A DNA stretch of 63,869 bases, counting the filler, from Ministeria vibrans ATCC 50519 (lineage: Eukaryota; Protista; Filasterea), in the NCBI GenBank assembly GCA_943704425.1. It is 7 parts of 7 records of this genome, joined end to end, with 100 filler letters (N's around TTAATTAATTAA, not from the genome) between each part and the next. Parts side by side here need not be neighbours in the genome. Positions count along the whole stretch, not along the records: positions 1 to 18,232 come from CALSCP010000176.1; positions 18,333 to 49,385 come from CALSCP010001157.1; 5 more parts are not named here. One strand, written 5' to 3'. The translations under genes and the position numbers were made by a program. Shown here piece after piece: positions 1 to 18,474 of this stretch. Numbering within the stretch: position 1 is the stretch's first letter; each line of letters begins with the position of its first letter. A model generated the notes under the pieces. It ran no database searches and was not told where the DNA came from. It saw only the letters and a list, made by a program, of their open reading frames with translations.

Positions 1-105
1 GAGAGAGAGAGAGAGAGAGAGAGAGAAAGTGATAGAGAGAGGAGAGAGAAAGAGACAAAGTGATAGAGAGAGGAGAGAGAAAGAGACAAAGTGATAGAGA
101 CAAAG

Positions 106-173
<68 letters not shown>

Positions 174-235
174 CGTGTGTGTGGGTGTGTGTGTGTGTCA
201 AGGTGCGTGAACGAAGTCAGGTATTGGATGTGTAC

Positions 236-2140
236 CCAAGGGTTCATGACGTCCTGGAAGGGCTGCTGTGCGAGCACTTGCTCGTGCACAGGGAACAACT
301 TTGCGCCAAGGTACCCCGCCTGAAAGAGAACAGAAGAGACAGAAAGCGAGATCGTAGGGTAAAATACCGATATACTTACATACGCATACACACCACACAC
401 ATTGTACCTTTGCAAGAAAGGCGCACTCCTTCTCGACATCGGCATGGGGCCATCCAAACATCTCGACAATGGCACCTTTTTGACCCTCACGGAAGTCTCC
501 TGTGCGCGTCGCAACGACTCCCGCAGCCCATGCAAAGTCAATGTCCTCCAAGTCCAGTTTGGACCCGTCCGACCCAGAAATGCTCACCTTCACGGGCTTT
601 CTAGTCAATCGCGGTGTGTGTGTGGAAGGGGGGGGTAAGAAGAGCCCTCCACATTTGCATGACATATTACTTTGCGGAAGACTCTGAAGCGGAGAATTTC
701 TTCGAAGGAGAGGACTGAGAGACACCATTGAAGGAAAAGGTGAGCTTAAGAGAGGCGTCTTTGGTCACGGGAACAACGGTGGCGGTGGCAGAGGTGAGTG
801 ATGCATCATACACCACACGGACGTGTCCTGAGTGGAGAGTCGAGTGACGGTGTGAGAGAGCACGAGTGGCAAAGAAAAAACAAAAAAAAAACGTTGTAAT
901 AATAGTGAGTACCTTGAAGGACAGACATGTCTTGGTAGGAAGCACGGTAGTGGGGCGATCCCTTGGCGGGTGTTTGCCAGCGATGGTTGGTGAAGTTGGA
1001 CGGGGTGACGATCACATTGCCATTGCACTGGGTCACACAGACAAACACCCAAAAGTCAGATGATGTGTGGTGTGTGGGTGTGTTTGTACTCTCACCTGGT
1101 TCTCGTGGTAGGTCTCACAGCCGGGGAGGGCACAGCCGCCCTTGGAGCAGGTGCCGTCTTGGCAGAGCGAGAAGCCCGACTCGCAGGTGCGGGTGCACTG
1201 GGCATTAGCACACGTTGCGGTGCGCACGCCTGCCGATGGATTGGGCAGGCAGGTAACATTACAGCCACCGCAGTTGTGCACGTCCGTCATCACCGACGTA
1301 GAGCAGTCCTTGGCCGCTGAGCAACTCGCAAAGCCCTTGGAGCAGGTACACGTCGCGTCCTCCTCACACACGCCGTGGTTCGAGCAGGGCGCCGACACAC
1401 CACCGGGACACACCTTGGCGCACGACGAAGTCGTGTAGCCAGAGTCGCACTTGCAAGTAAGAGTTGTCTGGTCGCATGTACCATGTCCACTGCACTCAGG
1501 CGTACCCTAGGCACATTGATCAAAACGAAAACAAAATCATCAATACGACTGATCATAAACTAAATCGTACCGGACACGCTTTCTGGAAGATCTGGATGGC
1601 CTTCAGCGCACCCGCGTCCAGACTGTACACACCCGGATCGGCTGCAACGTAGTTTTGTCCCCCATTGTTGTCCCAGTTGCCTGAGAGCACAAAAAACAAA
1701 GATTACGGCACATGACAACTTGTGTGACAATCGAACCGTTCCCGTCAGTCAGAACAAACACAACGCTGTTTCCGCCCACTTCCACAAAGCTCCAGCTGTC
1801 AGCTGGGAACGATGCGTTTGACGACGGCGACATCTTGACGCCTGTAGCGAACAGTGGTTAGATTTGCGGTGTGTGATATCCTCAAAACTCGTTTTCACCG
1901 CAAAACCCCACAAAACCATACCGGGAATGGGATTCCAGCCGGCGCCATCCGGATTGTAGTGTAGATACACATCATCCCACGAGCGCTTGTAGTACAAGTC
2001 GAACGTTCCGGGTCCTACGCACACAATGATGAGTGGGATGAGTCGATCACGCCCCATCGCCATTGTGGGGAAAGCGACGTACCTGGCGTTGCGGAAGCCA
2101 CAGCAGCAATGGCCAGCGCCACCACAAAACTAAGACTCAT
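236..2140 (-). CDS. Secreted GH13 alpha-amylase-like protein with N-terminal starch-binding (CBM25/26-like) module and EGF/Cys-rich region; multi-exon, 3' part lies beyond window start
   Basis: Signal peptide MSLSFVVALAIAAVASAT; VYLHY..GAGW and WDNNGGQNY starch-binding motifs; CSGHGTC/CSNHGVC EGF-like units; GQKGAIVEMFGWPHADVEKECAFLAKAGYLGAKLFP..MNPW resembles the GH13 amylase N-terminus; GT-AG introns join the ORF fragments. Confidence 0.8.
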
Positions 2141-2238
2141 ATTGTAGCAATTTTATTGTCTTTGATGAGAAGAATAATTATTATTACAATCTATGGTGAC
2201 CAAACCAAAATAGAATCAACTTATTTATTTTTTTTTGA

Positions 2239-3567
2239 ATGCGGTGGCTGCAGCTAAGCAATTTGCAGGGCACACCGACAGTAAACCAAACTTGCGCGTG
2301 CATTGGCGATTTCGTGTACTACTTTGGCGGAGTCAATCACGAGCGGGATGTGTCGGCGGTCCTCTCGCGCCTCAGCCTGTCAACGGGCGAATGGCTGGCG
2401 CTGCCTAACCTGAGGATGCGCGGAGAGGAGCATGCTCGCCTTCCGTACCGTCGGTTCTCGCATTCCATGGTGGCCTACCGGCATTTTCTGGTTGTCTTTG
2501 GTGGGTCGGATGGCCGACAGATCTACAACTCCCTCGCCGTATTTGACACGCACGCGCAGCATTGGTTCGCGCCTCACTCGGAGCACCCGTTGCCCTTTGC
2601 GACGTCTCACAGTGCAGCGATCGTCGAGGATGAGATGTTTGTGTTTGGCGGGTCGACAGAGCAGACGGCACAAAAACACTTTGTGGTGGACTTGAGCGCA
2701 CTGGAGACGAAAAGGGCCGTGTCGTGCCGCCTCCTGACCAACCGGGGCGACGTACCGCCTCCGCGGCATTTCCATGCGTGTGTCACGCTCTCACGCCGCC
2801 ACTATGCCATTTTCGGTGGGTCGTATCTCGAACGCTTTGGCGCCGACGACGTCAACTACGGCGATGCGTTTGTCTTTGACACGCGCGACGAAATCTTCTC
2901 TCGCATCTCACTGCGCAACCTGGGCGAGCCTAGAGGCATTGAGTCGCCCCCTCCGGCCTGTTTTTGTGTGCGTTCGCTCTCTGTAGTGCGCACAGGACCG
3001 CGTACGCTGCTTGCCTTTGGTGGTGTCGCCAACAACGTTCACTTTAACGATCTGCTCGAATTCAATTTTGACCGTGAGCGCTGTTCAGCAAGCGACGGCG
3101 ATGGGGCGAGCCACAACGTTGACGACGACGATAGCGATGAGGACAGTGATGATGGGGAGGTGGGTGACGATGACAGGCTGAACTTTGGCAGTGCCACCAT
3201 GCGCCGTGTGGGCACGATGGGCAGTGCTCCCACGGCACGTCGCCGCCACACAGCTGTGTCCCTTTTTAACGGCGCCTATGTGCTCATTTATGGCGGCAGT
3301 CGTGTTTTTGATAGGTTTGCTGCGCGCAACCGACACGTCGAGGCGCCGTTCACCCAAGTGGACTTTAGTGACTTTTCTCTGCTGGACACGCGCCTCTCGC
3401 TACACTCGCTTGCACTCTCCGCACTTCCTTCCAGCGAGTCTCTCGACGACATTCCACTGCCTCCCGCACATGCATTTCTCACCGCAACCGGCGCCGAGCC
3501 CATGGCGTCGGAGGAAGAGCAGAGTGCGCAACTCAGAGGCGGCATCATTGTCCAGCGCCGAATATGA
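2239..3567 (+). CDS. Kelch-repeat beta-propeller protein (intronless, 442 aa)
   Basis: Repeated Kelch motifs: YYFGG, RFSHSMV..VVFGG, SHSAAIV..FVFGG, RHFHAC..AIFGG, LAFGG, RRRHTAV..LIYGG. Confidence 0.9.
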   Translation: MRWLQLSNLQGTPTVNQTCACIGDFVYYFGGVNHERDVSAVLSRLSLSTGEWLALPNLRMRGEEHARLPYRRFSHSMVAYRHFLVVFGGSDGRQIYNSLAVFDTHAQHWFAPHSEHPLPFATSHSAAIVEDEMFVFGGSTEQTAQKHFVVDLSALETKRAVSCRLLTNRGDVPPPRHFHACVTLSRRHYAIFGGSYLERFGADDVNYGDAFVFDTRDEIFSRISLRNLGEPRGIESPPPACFCVRSLSVVRTGPRTLLAFGGVANNVHFNDLLEFNFDRERCSASDGDGASHNVDDDDSDEDSDDGEVGDDDRLNFGSATMRRVGTMGSAPTARRRHTAVSLFNGAYVLIYGGSRVFDRFAARNRHVEAPFTQVDFSDFSLLDTRLSLHSLALSALPSSESLDDIPLPPAHAFLTATGAEPMASEEEQSAQLRGGIIVQRRI

Positions 3568-3795
3568 AGAAAATAGAATCAATGTAAATTAATAAAAATA
3601 GAAATTGTTGTCATTTGTAATAACTAGTATGATACAATGTTAAAGAAGTGAAAAGTTTTATTAATTATTCAAGGAAAAAGAAAAAAAAAATAACAAGCGG
3701 AAGAAACTTCACGGAAGATAATTTCCAAATAGAAATAATTTACCGTCTTCATCTAAATTCTTAATTAATATTAATTCATCTTCAATTGTGAGAGG

Positions 3796-4178
3796 ATGGC
3801 ATCATGCGGCGAGGCGAGTCACCACCTGTGGGAAAACGTCTTCCCCGTGTCGCAGGCGCTGGTCGTGGGCATGGGCAAGTTCTCGTCGCGCGGCGGTCTT
3901 CTGGCTGAGCTCGGCGACCTGCCGTACGTGGCGCGCGACGTCGCCCGCGTCAACCGCGTCCTGACCGCCCAGGGCTATGACGTCGAGGTGGTGTGCGAAA
4001 CGCCGCGGATGGCGCCAACACGACGCGATGTTCTCGCCGCTATGTTGCGCCTCGCCGAGCGGTCCGCAGCCGACGGCAGCCCGCGCGACCAGCACCGCTT
4101 GATAGTCTACTTTGCTGGGTATGTCGACAGACGCGTGCGGGAACGTGCAGGGGTAAGCGTTTCACTTTTGCGACAGCA

Positions 4179-4222
<44 letters not shown>

Positions 4223-4753
4223 TGACGACTGACAGCTCTCGACAGAAAAAGGAGGTCAACTTCGGCTTTTGCCTGGGCGACTGCAACACGCTGAGTGAAT
4301 TTGGGCGTGAGACGTCGCTGTACGACGTCGACGACCTCCTGCGCGACCTGGTCAAGTATGAGCTGTACTCCGAGCGCATTCTGCTGGTCGTCGATGCTTG
4401 CTTTGCGCGCTTTGGCCTTGACGCTCTCGAGATGGTCTGCAAGTTCCACGCCGATACGAGCATTGCCGGCGACCTCGACCGCGACCGTCAACTGATCCTA
4501 CAGATGGGAGGGCTGCCTGTTGAGCAGATGCTCGTCTCCTGTTCACCTCCCGACCAACTGCGTGACGTGACTGCCACCGTGGGCGGCCTCTTCACTTCGC
4601 TTTGGCTCAACGGCTGGGGCGCTGCCTTTGCCTACCACGATGCCATCGAGGCTGCAGCCGACCAGGAGCCCGAGCCGGCCGAAGAGTGGATGACAACGTC
4701 CCAACTGTATGATTTCTTCACCCATGCCGTTGTGCATGGCTTGTCACTAAACC

Positions 4754-4790
<37 letters not shown>

Positions 4791-4799
4791 NNNNNNNNN

Positions 4800-4855
<56 letters not shown>

Positions 4856-6430
4856 CTAGGTTCCGATGGATCTTTTCACAGTATCCCACGCACACGCCGC
4901 TGAATCAACTACCGGCGTGCGGCATGCTCACGTTGCACCAGGTGCCCGGCGACTATATATTTTTCCGGCCCTTGCACGTCTGCGAAGTGCAGCCTATGGT
5001 CGCACGCAGCGGTACGAGCTCACGCTCGTCCGCCGCCACCAGCTCCCGAAGCGAATTTAGTGCAACGGGTCATGTCGACGGGTTGGCGGAGAATTCCTTG
5101 GAGGGGGAGAGGGAGGAGGAGGGGGGGGAGGAGGACAACTACAGTGGAGGCGTGACGCATGTTGACGACATTGGGCCCGACCACTTTCTGGTTGTCGACA
5201 TGGCAGATCTTGACGTCGACGCCCCCACTCTCTCCGTTAACACTCTTCAACCTGCGTCGCGCCAGCCTCAGCGAGAGGGCTCCACGCGTACTCTCAAGGC
5301 GTCGCAGAGTGATGTCACCGCACGCCACTCCGCGAGTTCGTCTTTCGCGTCGGTTGCCACTTACACCAACAGAGAGATGGATACCACTACAGCTGCCGCT
5401 ACCGCCGTCAGTGTGCCACAGTACAACAGCAGCGATATTAGCAGCCACAACACATCGATTATGTCGGAGACGGCGCTCAGCACGGTGAGTGGGAGCGACT
5501 CCCACCTGGACGACGCCGAGTTAGTCTCCAATACGTCCTCGCTGCGTGGAGGCCGACGCCGCTACACTCCGTCGGTCTCAGGTATGTCCAACACGACCGA
5601 CACCAGTGCCAGCAGCCGTCGCAGCAGTGTGCGACCGACGACCCTCTCCGAGGCAGTCCTGGGCGGCGATGTCAATATGGTGCGCGAGTTTCTGCGCACC
5701 GGGTCCGACGTCAATGCCATTGCCGCCGACGGCTGGACTCCACTGCACGGCGCCTCCTTTTGGGGCTACGTCGACATTGTCATGGAGCTGCTTGATGCAG
5801 GCGCTAACATTCACGCCGTCGACGAGCGCGGTTACACGCCCCTGCACCAGGCCGTCGTAAACGAGCACATGCGTCTCATCCCGCTTCTCCTGCTTGCTGG
5901 TAGCGATCCTTTTGCCGCTCCCTCCAAAAACGGTAATTCACATTGTTTTTGTCTTTTCTATCAGTATTTTTGTTCTCCCTTCTCTCTCTATCACTTTTTT
6001 TCTTTCTCCCATCATTTTGTTTCTTTCTTCCATCATTTTATTTCTTTATCCTTTCACTTTGTTGTTTCTTTTTCGTTTCTTTCTCCTCTCTCTCTAGCAC
6101 TTTGTTTCTTTCACCCTTCTTTCTCTCTCTCTTTCTCTCTAATATTTCTCACTTCTTCCATTCCTCGTAGGTCGCTCGGCCATGCAGCTTGCACGACGCA
6201 CCAACAACAGTGAGCTGATTCGCCTGCTCTCCTTTGGACGCGGACCTGGCTCGACACTCTCCTCTCCCACCAGTCTGCGAAAATTGCGCTCCTCCATCGT
6301 CTCCACTGCCAAGTCGGTCCGGAAAGCCTTTGGCTCCAGCCCTCCTCCCTCCCCCACCACTGAGCGCGGTTCCACGAGCACTCGCCAGACCGCTAGTGCT
6401 ATCGTCTTTCCCTCTCCAAACCAGTTTTAA
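3796..6430 (+). CDS. Caspase/peptidase C14-like domain (catalytic His apparently absent) + Ser-rich linker + C-terminal ankyrin repeats; multi-exon
   Basis: ALVVGMGKF..DLPYVARDV..L..QGYDV, PTRRDV, LIVYFAG, ILLVVDAC, GGLFTS are C14 fold motifs; DGWTPLHGA and GYTPLHQA ankyrin repeats; last exon ends PSPNQF-stop at 6430. Confidence 0.75.
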
Positions 6431-6690
6431 CAGACGATACACACACACGTACGCACACACACACAACACACGCACACGCACACCCATGGGTACTTTTCAT
6501 AGTCAGTCATTTGTGAATACACACACACACTTATCATAATGAATAATAATTATAATATTAAATTTATCATTATAATAATAATAATAATAATCATAATAAT
6601 AGTATTATAATAATACTAATAATATTAATAATTTATTATTAATTAATTTTATATTGTGCTGTTGAGAGTGTACTGTACAGTGATGTTTAT

Positions 6691-6865
6691 TCAATCAAGG
6701 AGCGGAGACAGACCGAGGGTGGACTGGAGGGTGTTTGTGATGAGACGGTACAAATGGCGAGTGGATCCGTCGCGGTTGATGCCGTGGTCTTGATTGGTGT
6801 AGAACTGCACTCGGTAGCGCACCTATTCATGATAGAACCATATTATAATGAGATAAATCTTGAGT

Positions 6866-6905
<40 letters not shown>

Positions 6906-7308
6906 CTGTGCGCGCACGAGTTCCAAATTGAACATTGCAGTATTCTGGAAGTGGACGTTGTCGTCGCCTGTGCCATGTACGAGTAGGAAGGAGTCGTTGA
7001 GCACGTTAGGTGCACGCGTGAGCACTGAGGCACCCGCATACCCTTCGCTGTTGTCACTTGGCAGTGACATGTACCGTTCGGTGTAGATTGAGTCGTAGTA
7101 GAGCCAATCTAATCACAGAAGTATTAAAGAGAGAGAGAGTGTGTGTGTATATGTATGTCTTTGTGGTCTCTCTCTCTCTCTTTATCACTTTGTTTCTCTC
7201 TCTCTTTATCACTTTGTTTCTCTCTCTCTCTATCACTTTGTTTCTCTCTCTCTATCACTTTGTTTCTCTCTCTCTCTATCACTTTGTTTCTCTCTCTCTC
7301 TCTCTCTC

Positions 7309-7345
<37 letters not shown>

Positions 7346-9586
7346 CTGTGACGGGCGCCACTGCAACGGCCGCCGCAAACTGTTGGATCTCAGGAGACTG
7401 AGCGAATGTCATTGAGGTGAGGTAGCCGCCGTAGGACCAGCCCCAGATGGCAACGCGCGACGCATCGACGTATGGCAGTGTTTTGAGATATTGTGCTACC
7501 AGCAGACAGTCCTGTGCCTCATACTTTCCAAGCTGCTTGTACACCAGGTGCCGCCATGCCATACCCCGCCCGGCTGTACCCCGCCCGTCACTACAAAAAA
7601 AGAATAAGACACATTATACGCACGCAGTGTGTACACTTACAAAGAGAAGACAATGTAACCCAGTGACGACGCTAAATACTCGCTGTAGCCCAACTGGTGA
7701 CGTGAGGTAACCTCCTGACTGCCGGGACCACCATACACCTTGAAGAGGACGGGGTAGCGGCGGGAGGGCGAGAAGGTGGGCGGACGCAGCATGACAGCGT
7801 CGTATAAGGAACCGTCTGCACCAGGCACTTGCATGAACTCACGCGTGCCCAGGGAGAGCTGCGACAGTGCTTCGGAGACCCCGCTGTTCGCTTCAAAGAG
7901 CACAGGGTCGAGGATGGCACTGAAGCGAATGTGCTGGGTGAGCACGGCGGGACCGTAGCAGGTGGAGACGTAGCGCCAGACGGGTCCTGTTGGGGGGTAC
8001 GAGAGCGATTCGTAGGCACACTCTGGCTGAAAATTACACGTCTGACAGGTCATGTTGGTCCCATCTAGTCGGATGGAATAGGCGTGACGGTCGTGTGGAG
8101 TGGGAAGATTGGCGGTGAAGAGGACACGCGAGTCGACGTCGGAGAAGCCGTCAATGGACATGACCTCAAACTCACCCGCAGTCACCATGGTAGCAGTCCA
8201 AGAGGCTGTGTCGTAGCTCACCACCTGCGGGTAGGTGGTAGTGGGATCGGCGACAATATCGAGCAGCAGTGTGCCGTCGCGTACGGATCGCAGCGCACCG
8301 TCAAAAGTCGCGAGCCAGCCGGTGGAGCTCGTGAGAGAAACGCGATCGGTGCACACGGGTGCACTGCCTGAGAGCGACAACACACACTCCACAAGGGTGG
8401 ATTCGTTTTGGTAGCGATTCAGTCGGCGCACATACACTGTTGGTGGGTCAGAGAGGACGCTCCACACGACCTGGGTGAAGTACAGGTGCTCGCCGAGATC
8501 GAGGTTGACATTGCTTCCCGACACCGTGTCGTACACGTGCACCGACACAAGTGGATTGGTTGTGCCGGCCTTGGGATAGCGCAGCGTGATCATATCTTCG
8601 TACTGTAAACTGCCGTAGTAAGGGTAGGTCCAGCGATGGACGTCGGTGTCGTTGAAGCGCATGTAGCACAGGAAGCGACCGTCGGCCGACCACCACATCG
8701 CATGGTCGCTCGACAGCACCTCTTCTTCGTAGACCCAGTCGGGAACGCCGTTGTAAATCACGTGCGGGACACCGTCGAGCGTCACCTGCACGGGCGCCGT
8801 GCCATTTGTCACTCGTCCCGTCGTCGTGTCAATATCCGCCACGAAAATGTTATTCTCCAACACATAAGCAATCTGCGTGGTGTTCGGCGACATTTCAGCG
8901 TACTGCAAAAGTGGCGAGTTGTCTGTGGGAAACTCCACGACGCCCACAGTTGGATCGCCCTCGTTGACGACGTACGTGTAGTACGAGCGGTACGCCGAGT
9001 GACGGTATATCTTCTCGACGCGCACATGAAAGAGAATCAGAGGATAGCGCTCGGAGAGTTGGTACGACGAGTAGTCCAGAAGCGTTCCATTCGCATCGAT
9101 GGTCAGATCCGAGGCACTCACAAACACGCGCGTGGCGACCTTCTCGTCGCTCAGATCAACTTCGTTGATGTCGCTCGAATTCGATGAATACACAAACTGG
9201 AAAGGGTAAAAAAAACAAAAGCCACGCTGTAAGTTGCTGTGTGGAGGAAAGGGGAGGGGGGGCGCGGGATCAAGTACCGAGCTGGGTTTGGCCGGCATCC
9301 ATCGCACAGAGTTGGCACGCGAGCGGAAATCTCCGTCGATAAAGTTGTCAAACGTGTATCGCAGACTGCTCGCTTCGTTCTTGTGCGAGCGAGGAAGCAA
9401 CACTGCCGTGGGGACCACGACCAAAAGAACAACCACCAGTGCGGTGAGTATGAGCGTAACGAGCCCAAGACGGCGTCGACGGGCCGTTTTGGGTGGTGAT
9501 GATCCATCTGCGCCAAACGCCCGTTCAATAGGGTGATCTGAGGCGTCGGGCGCTCCACTCGCTAAGAGACTCGACTTCTCAGACAT
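6691..9586 (-). CDS. DPP4: Dipeptidyl peptidase IV-family (S9B) type II membrane serine peptidase; multi-exon
   Basis: N-terminal TM anchor; NGVPDWVYEEEV, YPKAG, VYGGPGSQ, GWSYGG nucleophile, HGTGDDNVHFQ, QDHGI catalytic His. Confidence 0.93.
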
Positions 9587-9794
9587 GCAGTCAGCACAAC
9601 AGTGAATCAATAGTAAAAAATTAAAAAGTTTAAAACCAACTTTAAGACTCAAGCATAAAGTAAATAACTGCGACTGATTCTCTGAACGTAATAATTTGTG
9701 AGAGATCATAAAGTGGTGTATTGCTGGACCGGGACCCAGTAAATAATACATTAATCCTTAGTCCTTACGGATTGGTGATTGGTATACATGCTTA

Positions 9795-15245
<5,451 letters not shown>

Positions 15246-15410
15246 GATCGACGTGTCCAAAAGTAAGGGGGCTACTGTTCTACAATAAAATTATTAATGA
15301 ATTTAAGACTTTACGGGTAGAATAAGTTTCAGTTTTCACAACTCGGTTATTAAATAGAATTTCACAATTCACACCTACTTTATACTTAGACCCTCTTTGT
15401 TTTGTGGACA

Positions 15411-16231
15411 ATGGAACAAGTTCAGGAGAAGGTGTTGGTCAAGGAGGCGATCGAGAAAGAACTGAAGACGCTCTTTGCTTCGCTGGCTGAGGTGTGACTG
15501 TGTCGATCAACAATCCTCTTCCTCTTTTTGATCTCTCCTCTAGGCAAAATGCGACCTGACCTCACCGCTCGTTGATGCCGAAGGGTTTCCTCGATCCGAT
15601 GTCGACGTGTATACCGTGCGCCATGCAAGGGTACGTTTGGAAGTCGACAAAAAAAAGAAAGAGGTTTGACTGTTCGCGAATCAACTGATCACACACACAG
15701 AGTCGTATCAACGAACTGCGCTACGACCTAAAACGGGTCATGGACGAGATTCAAGAGGCGCTTCATACACTACACTCACTCTCACGCGACGGAACGGATC
15801 CTCAAACGACAGAGGAAGCTCAAGCGGCAACTACCAACGTGCATTTGGACAGTCCGTCCTGCGCCGCGAGTGCACCGCCCGACGACGCACCGTCTTTCCT
15901 GAAAATCCACGATGTTGCCATTGGATCACCTGCTCACGAGTGTGGATTTGAGGATGGCGACGAAGTGATTGTGTTTGGGACTGCAAGTGCAGCAAATCAT
16001 GCAAGCCTCTCGACTGTCGCGACAATTGTGCGCGACTCTGAAAACGTACGACCACTCTCGCACACTACCACGTTCACTTACATTGTTCTTAATGGCGTGT
16101 GATATGTACTGTAGCAAGTTGTGACGGTGTGCGTGCGACGTCGCAGCACAGACACGATCATTCACATGCGCCTGCGTCCACGCAAATGGAGCGGAGCAGG
16201 TCTCTTAGGCTGTCGCGTTGTCCCTCTGTAA
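15411..16231 (+). CDS. PSMD9: 26S proteasome chaperone PSMD9/Nas2 (PDZ); 4 exons
   Basis: PLVDAEGFPRSDVDVYTVRHAR, GSPAHECGFEDGD PDZ, PRKWSGAGLLGC C-terminal signature. Confidence 0.93.
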
Positions 16232-16279
16232 AAATACGTATAACATTTTATTTTTTTTATCATTAATATGGTGACGGTA

Positions 16280-17796
16280 TCATCGTTTCCGGTGCATCTC
16301 CTTGGCCGTACGTGCCACATACGTGATTTCAGGGCGCAGTGCCATGTCCGTCTGCACACACTCAGCGACTAATTGACGCAACTGAACAAGCATGACAGAC
16401 AGCGAGTGAGTGCACGTCTAAAAACACTGGGTGGGAGAGTCTTTGCTTACCGTCTCACTGTACAGGTCAGTGGGCAGTGGAGGGTACACACATGCTTGGA
16501 TTTTCTTGCACAGCTCAAACAAATTCAATCCCTCGCCGTAAAAGGGACTTTTGAGCTGTGCCATTTCGTACAGCAGGCAGCCCAACGACCATACTACACA
16601 CATACCGTCCCATCCGATCAGTGTCACTCAGTGCCATTATATTTTCGATTCTTTTTTTGTGTAGTACCGTCGCTTTTATAGTCATAACCTTGTTCCAGAA
16701 TGCGCTCCAGTGACATATAGTACGGCGTACCCACTATACCCACTCAAAAGTAAGCATCCCTCCTCTATATAATTTGTTCCTTGTCTTACCAAGCGAATGT
16801 GCAGATTTCGTTCCCGTTCCAAAAAAGCGCGAGAGGCCCAAGTCACCGAGTTTGACAATGCCTTGGCTCGTAATAAACACATTTGCGGGCTTGATGTCGC
16901 GGTGCATGATCCGGCGCGAGTGCATGTGCTCCAGCGCATCGCAGATTTGTGTAAAGTACTTCCAGATAGATTTTTCCGGTATCCGTTTTGCGTGTTTCGT
17001 AAAGTGTTTGATCATTTTGCTCAGATCTCCTAGAGTAATATTTTCATCGTCATTGCTTTGCTTCTTTCGAATTTGTTTCTTCTGATTATTATTTGCAATT
17101 GGTGTGTTATACGTGCGCTATAATTCGTACCTGCATCGGCGAGCTCAAGGACAATGTTCAACTCGTTGTTTTCGACAAAGGACGACAGATACTTGATGAC
17201 ATTGGGATGATCCAACGCCTAGAATGAATGACCATAAGACACAGTGAGTGACACAATTTATATTTATCCAATAGGTTCCATTAATTAACCCAACACACTC
17301 GCGTTACGTGCAGCATCAGACTTACTCTTAATAAATCAATCTCTTTGATGCAATCTGACCGTGCTTTGGCGTCCATCATATCAAAGATCTACGACAAAAC
17401 GAAGAAGAGTGGTGCGCATTGTTCAGAGTCGTTCTTGGCGGTTGCGTTCGCTGCAATGCCACCACAGCTGTTGGTCTATGGCGTTCCCATCGTTGTGCGG
17501 TGCAAGAGCACACCGAAAGGCACAGAAAAGGACAAAGAAGATTTTCTCTCCTTTTCTCTCCTTTTTGACAGCTATTTGACAGCTTGCCAAAAACCCCTCA
17601 CCTGGACTTTCTTAACGGCCACAATAGAGCCGTCTGCGATGCACTTAGCCCGGTAGACGGTGCTAAACTGTCCGGAACCCAGTCGTTTCTGCACCTCAAA
17701 ACACGACAAGGATGAATACTCGGCGGGCGTTGCGACGCCCACAACACTCGTTGCGCTCGTCGGCCGTGACCCATCCATGTCCATTGGTTCCGCCAT
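16280..17796 (-). CDS. NEK7: NIMA-related kinase, NEK6/NEK7-like; multi-exon
   Basis: [87 protein letters not shown]. Confidence 0.88.
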
Positions 17797-18232
17797 ATTA
17801 TGGGGCTCTCTATATAAAACTGAAACAATCTGTCTTATCTGTGGTTTCAGTTTGACTGATGTCTGATCGACTCACTGCCCATAAATTATAAAAATTCTGC
17901 CTCTCTCTGTGTTGTATGGACCCCCCGTCGGCTTCGACGCTTGTGAGCAGTCGCGTGCAGGAGGCGGTTGTCGCCGTTCGTGATCGATACCAAGGAAAAG
18001 CAGAACTTGCGACTGGGCAGGTATGCGCTGGCTGGCTGTCGCTCTCTCTCTCGCGCGCGCCCCTCTCGCCCCTCTCGCCCGCCCCTCGCCTCATCCACCG
18101 CCCGCCACACATCCTTCCAAGCCGCCCCCTCTTCTTCTTTTCCAACTCCGCCCCATTCCATTCCAACAGTTGCGATAAAACGACGAGGGGGCACGAAGCA
18201 GGATGATCTCGGCGTTCTAACGGTTCGACCTC

Positions 18233-18332
18233 NNNNNNNNNNNNNNNNNNNNNNNNNNNNNNNNNNNNNNNNNNNNTTAATTAATTAANNNNNNNNNNNN
18301 NNNNNNNNNNNNNNNNNNNNNNNNNNNNNNNN
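18233..18332. other. Artificial contig-joining spacer (N-run, TTAATTAATTAA, N-run)
   Basis: Exactly 100 nt with a six-frame-stop palindrome; identical at six positions. Confidence 0.97.
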
Positions 18333-18474
18333 CGAGCTGAGATTTTTGATACATTTGAGTTGATTTTGGATATTTTTGAAGAAGACATTTAGAAGAATTT
18401 TGTATTATCAATCACAAACAAAAAAAAAGCGACAACACAAACCACATAATTTTCTTATTATTTCACACACAATT

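Noticed and set aside
17916-18232. Possible gene start divergent from the NEK6/7-like gene
   Set aside because: The obvious donor and acceptor do not give a consistent open frame and the contig ends; cannot be supported
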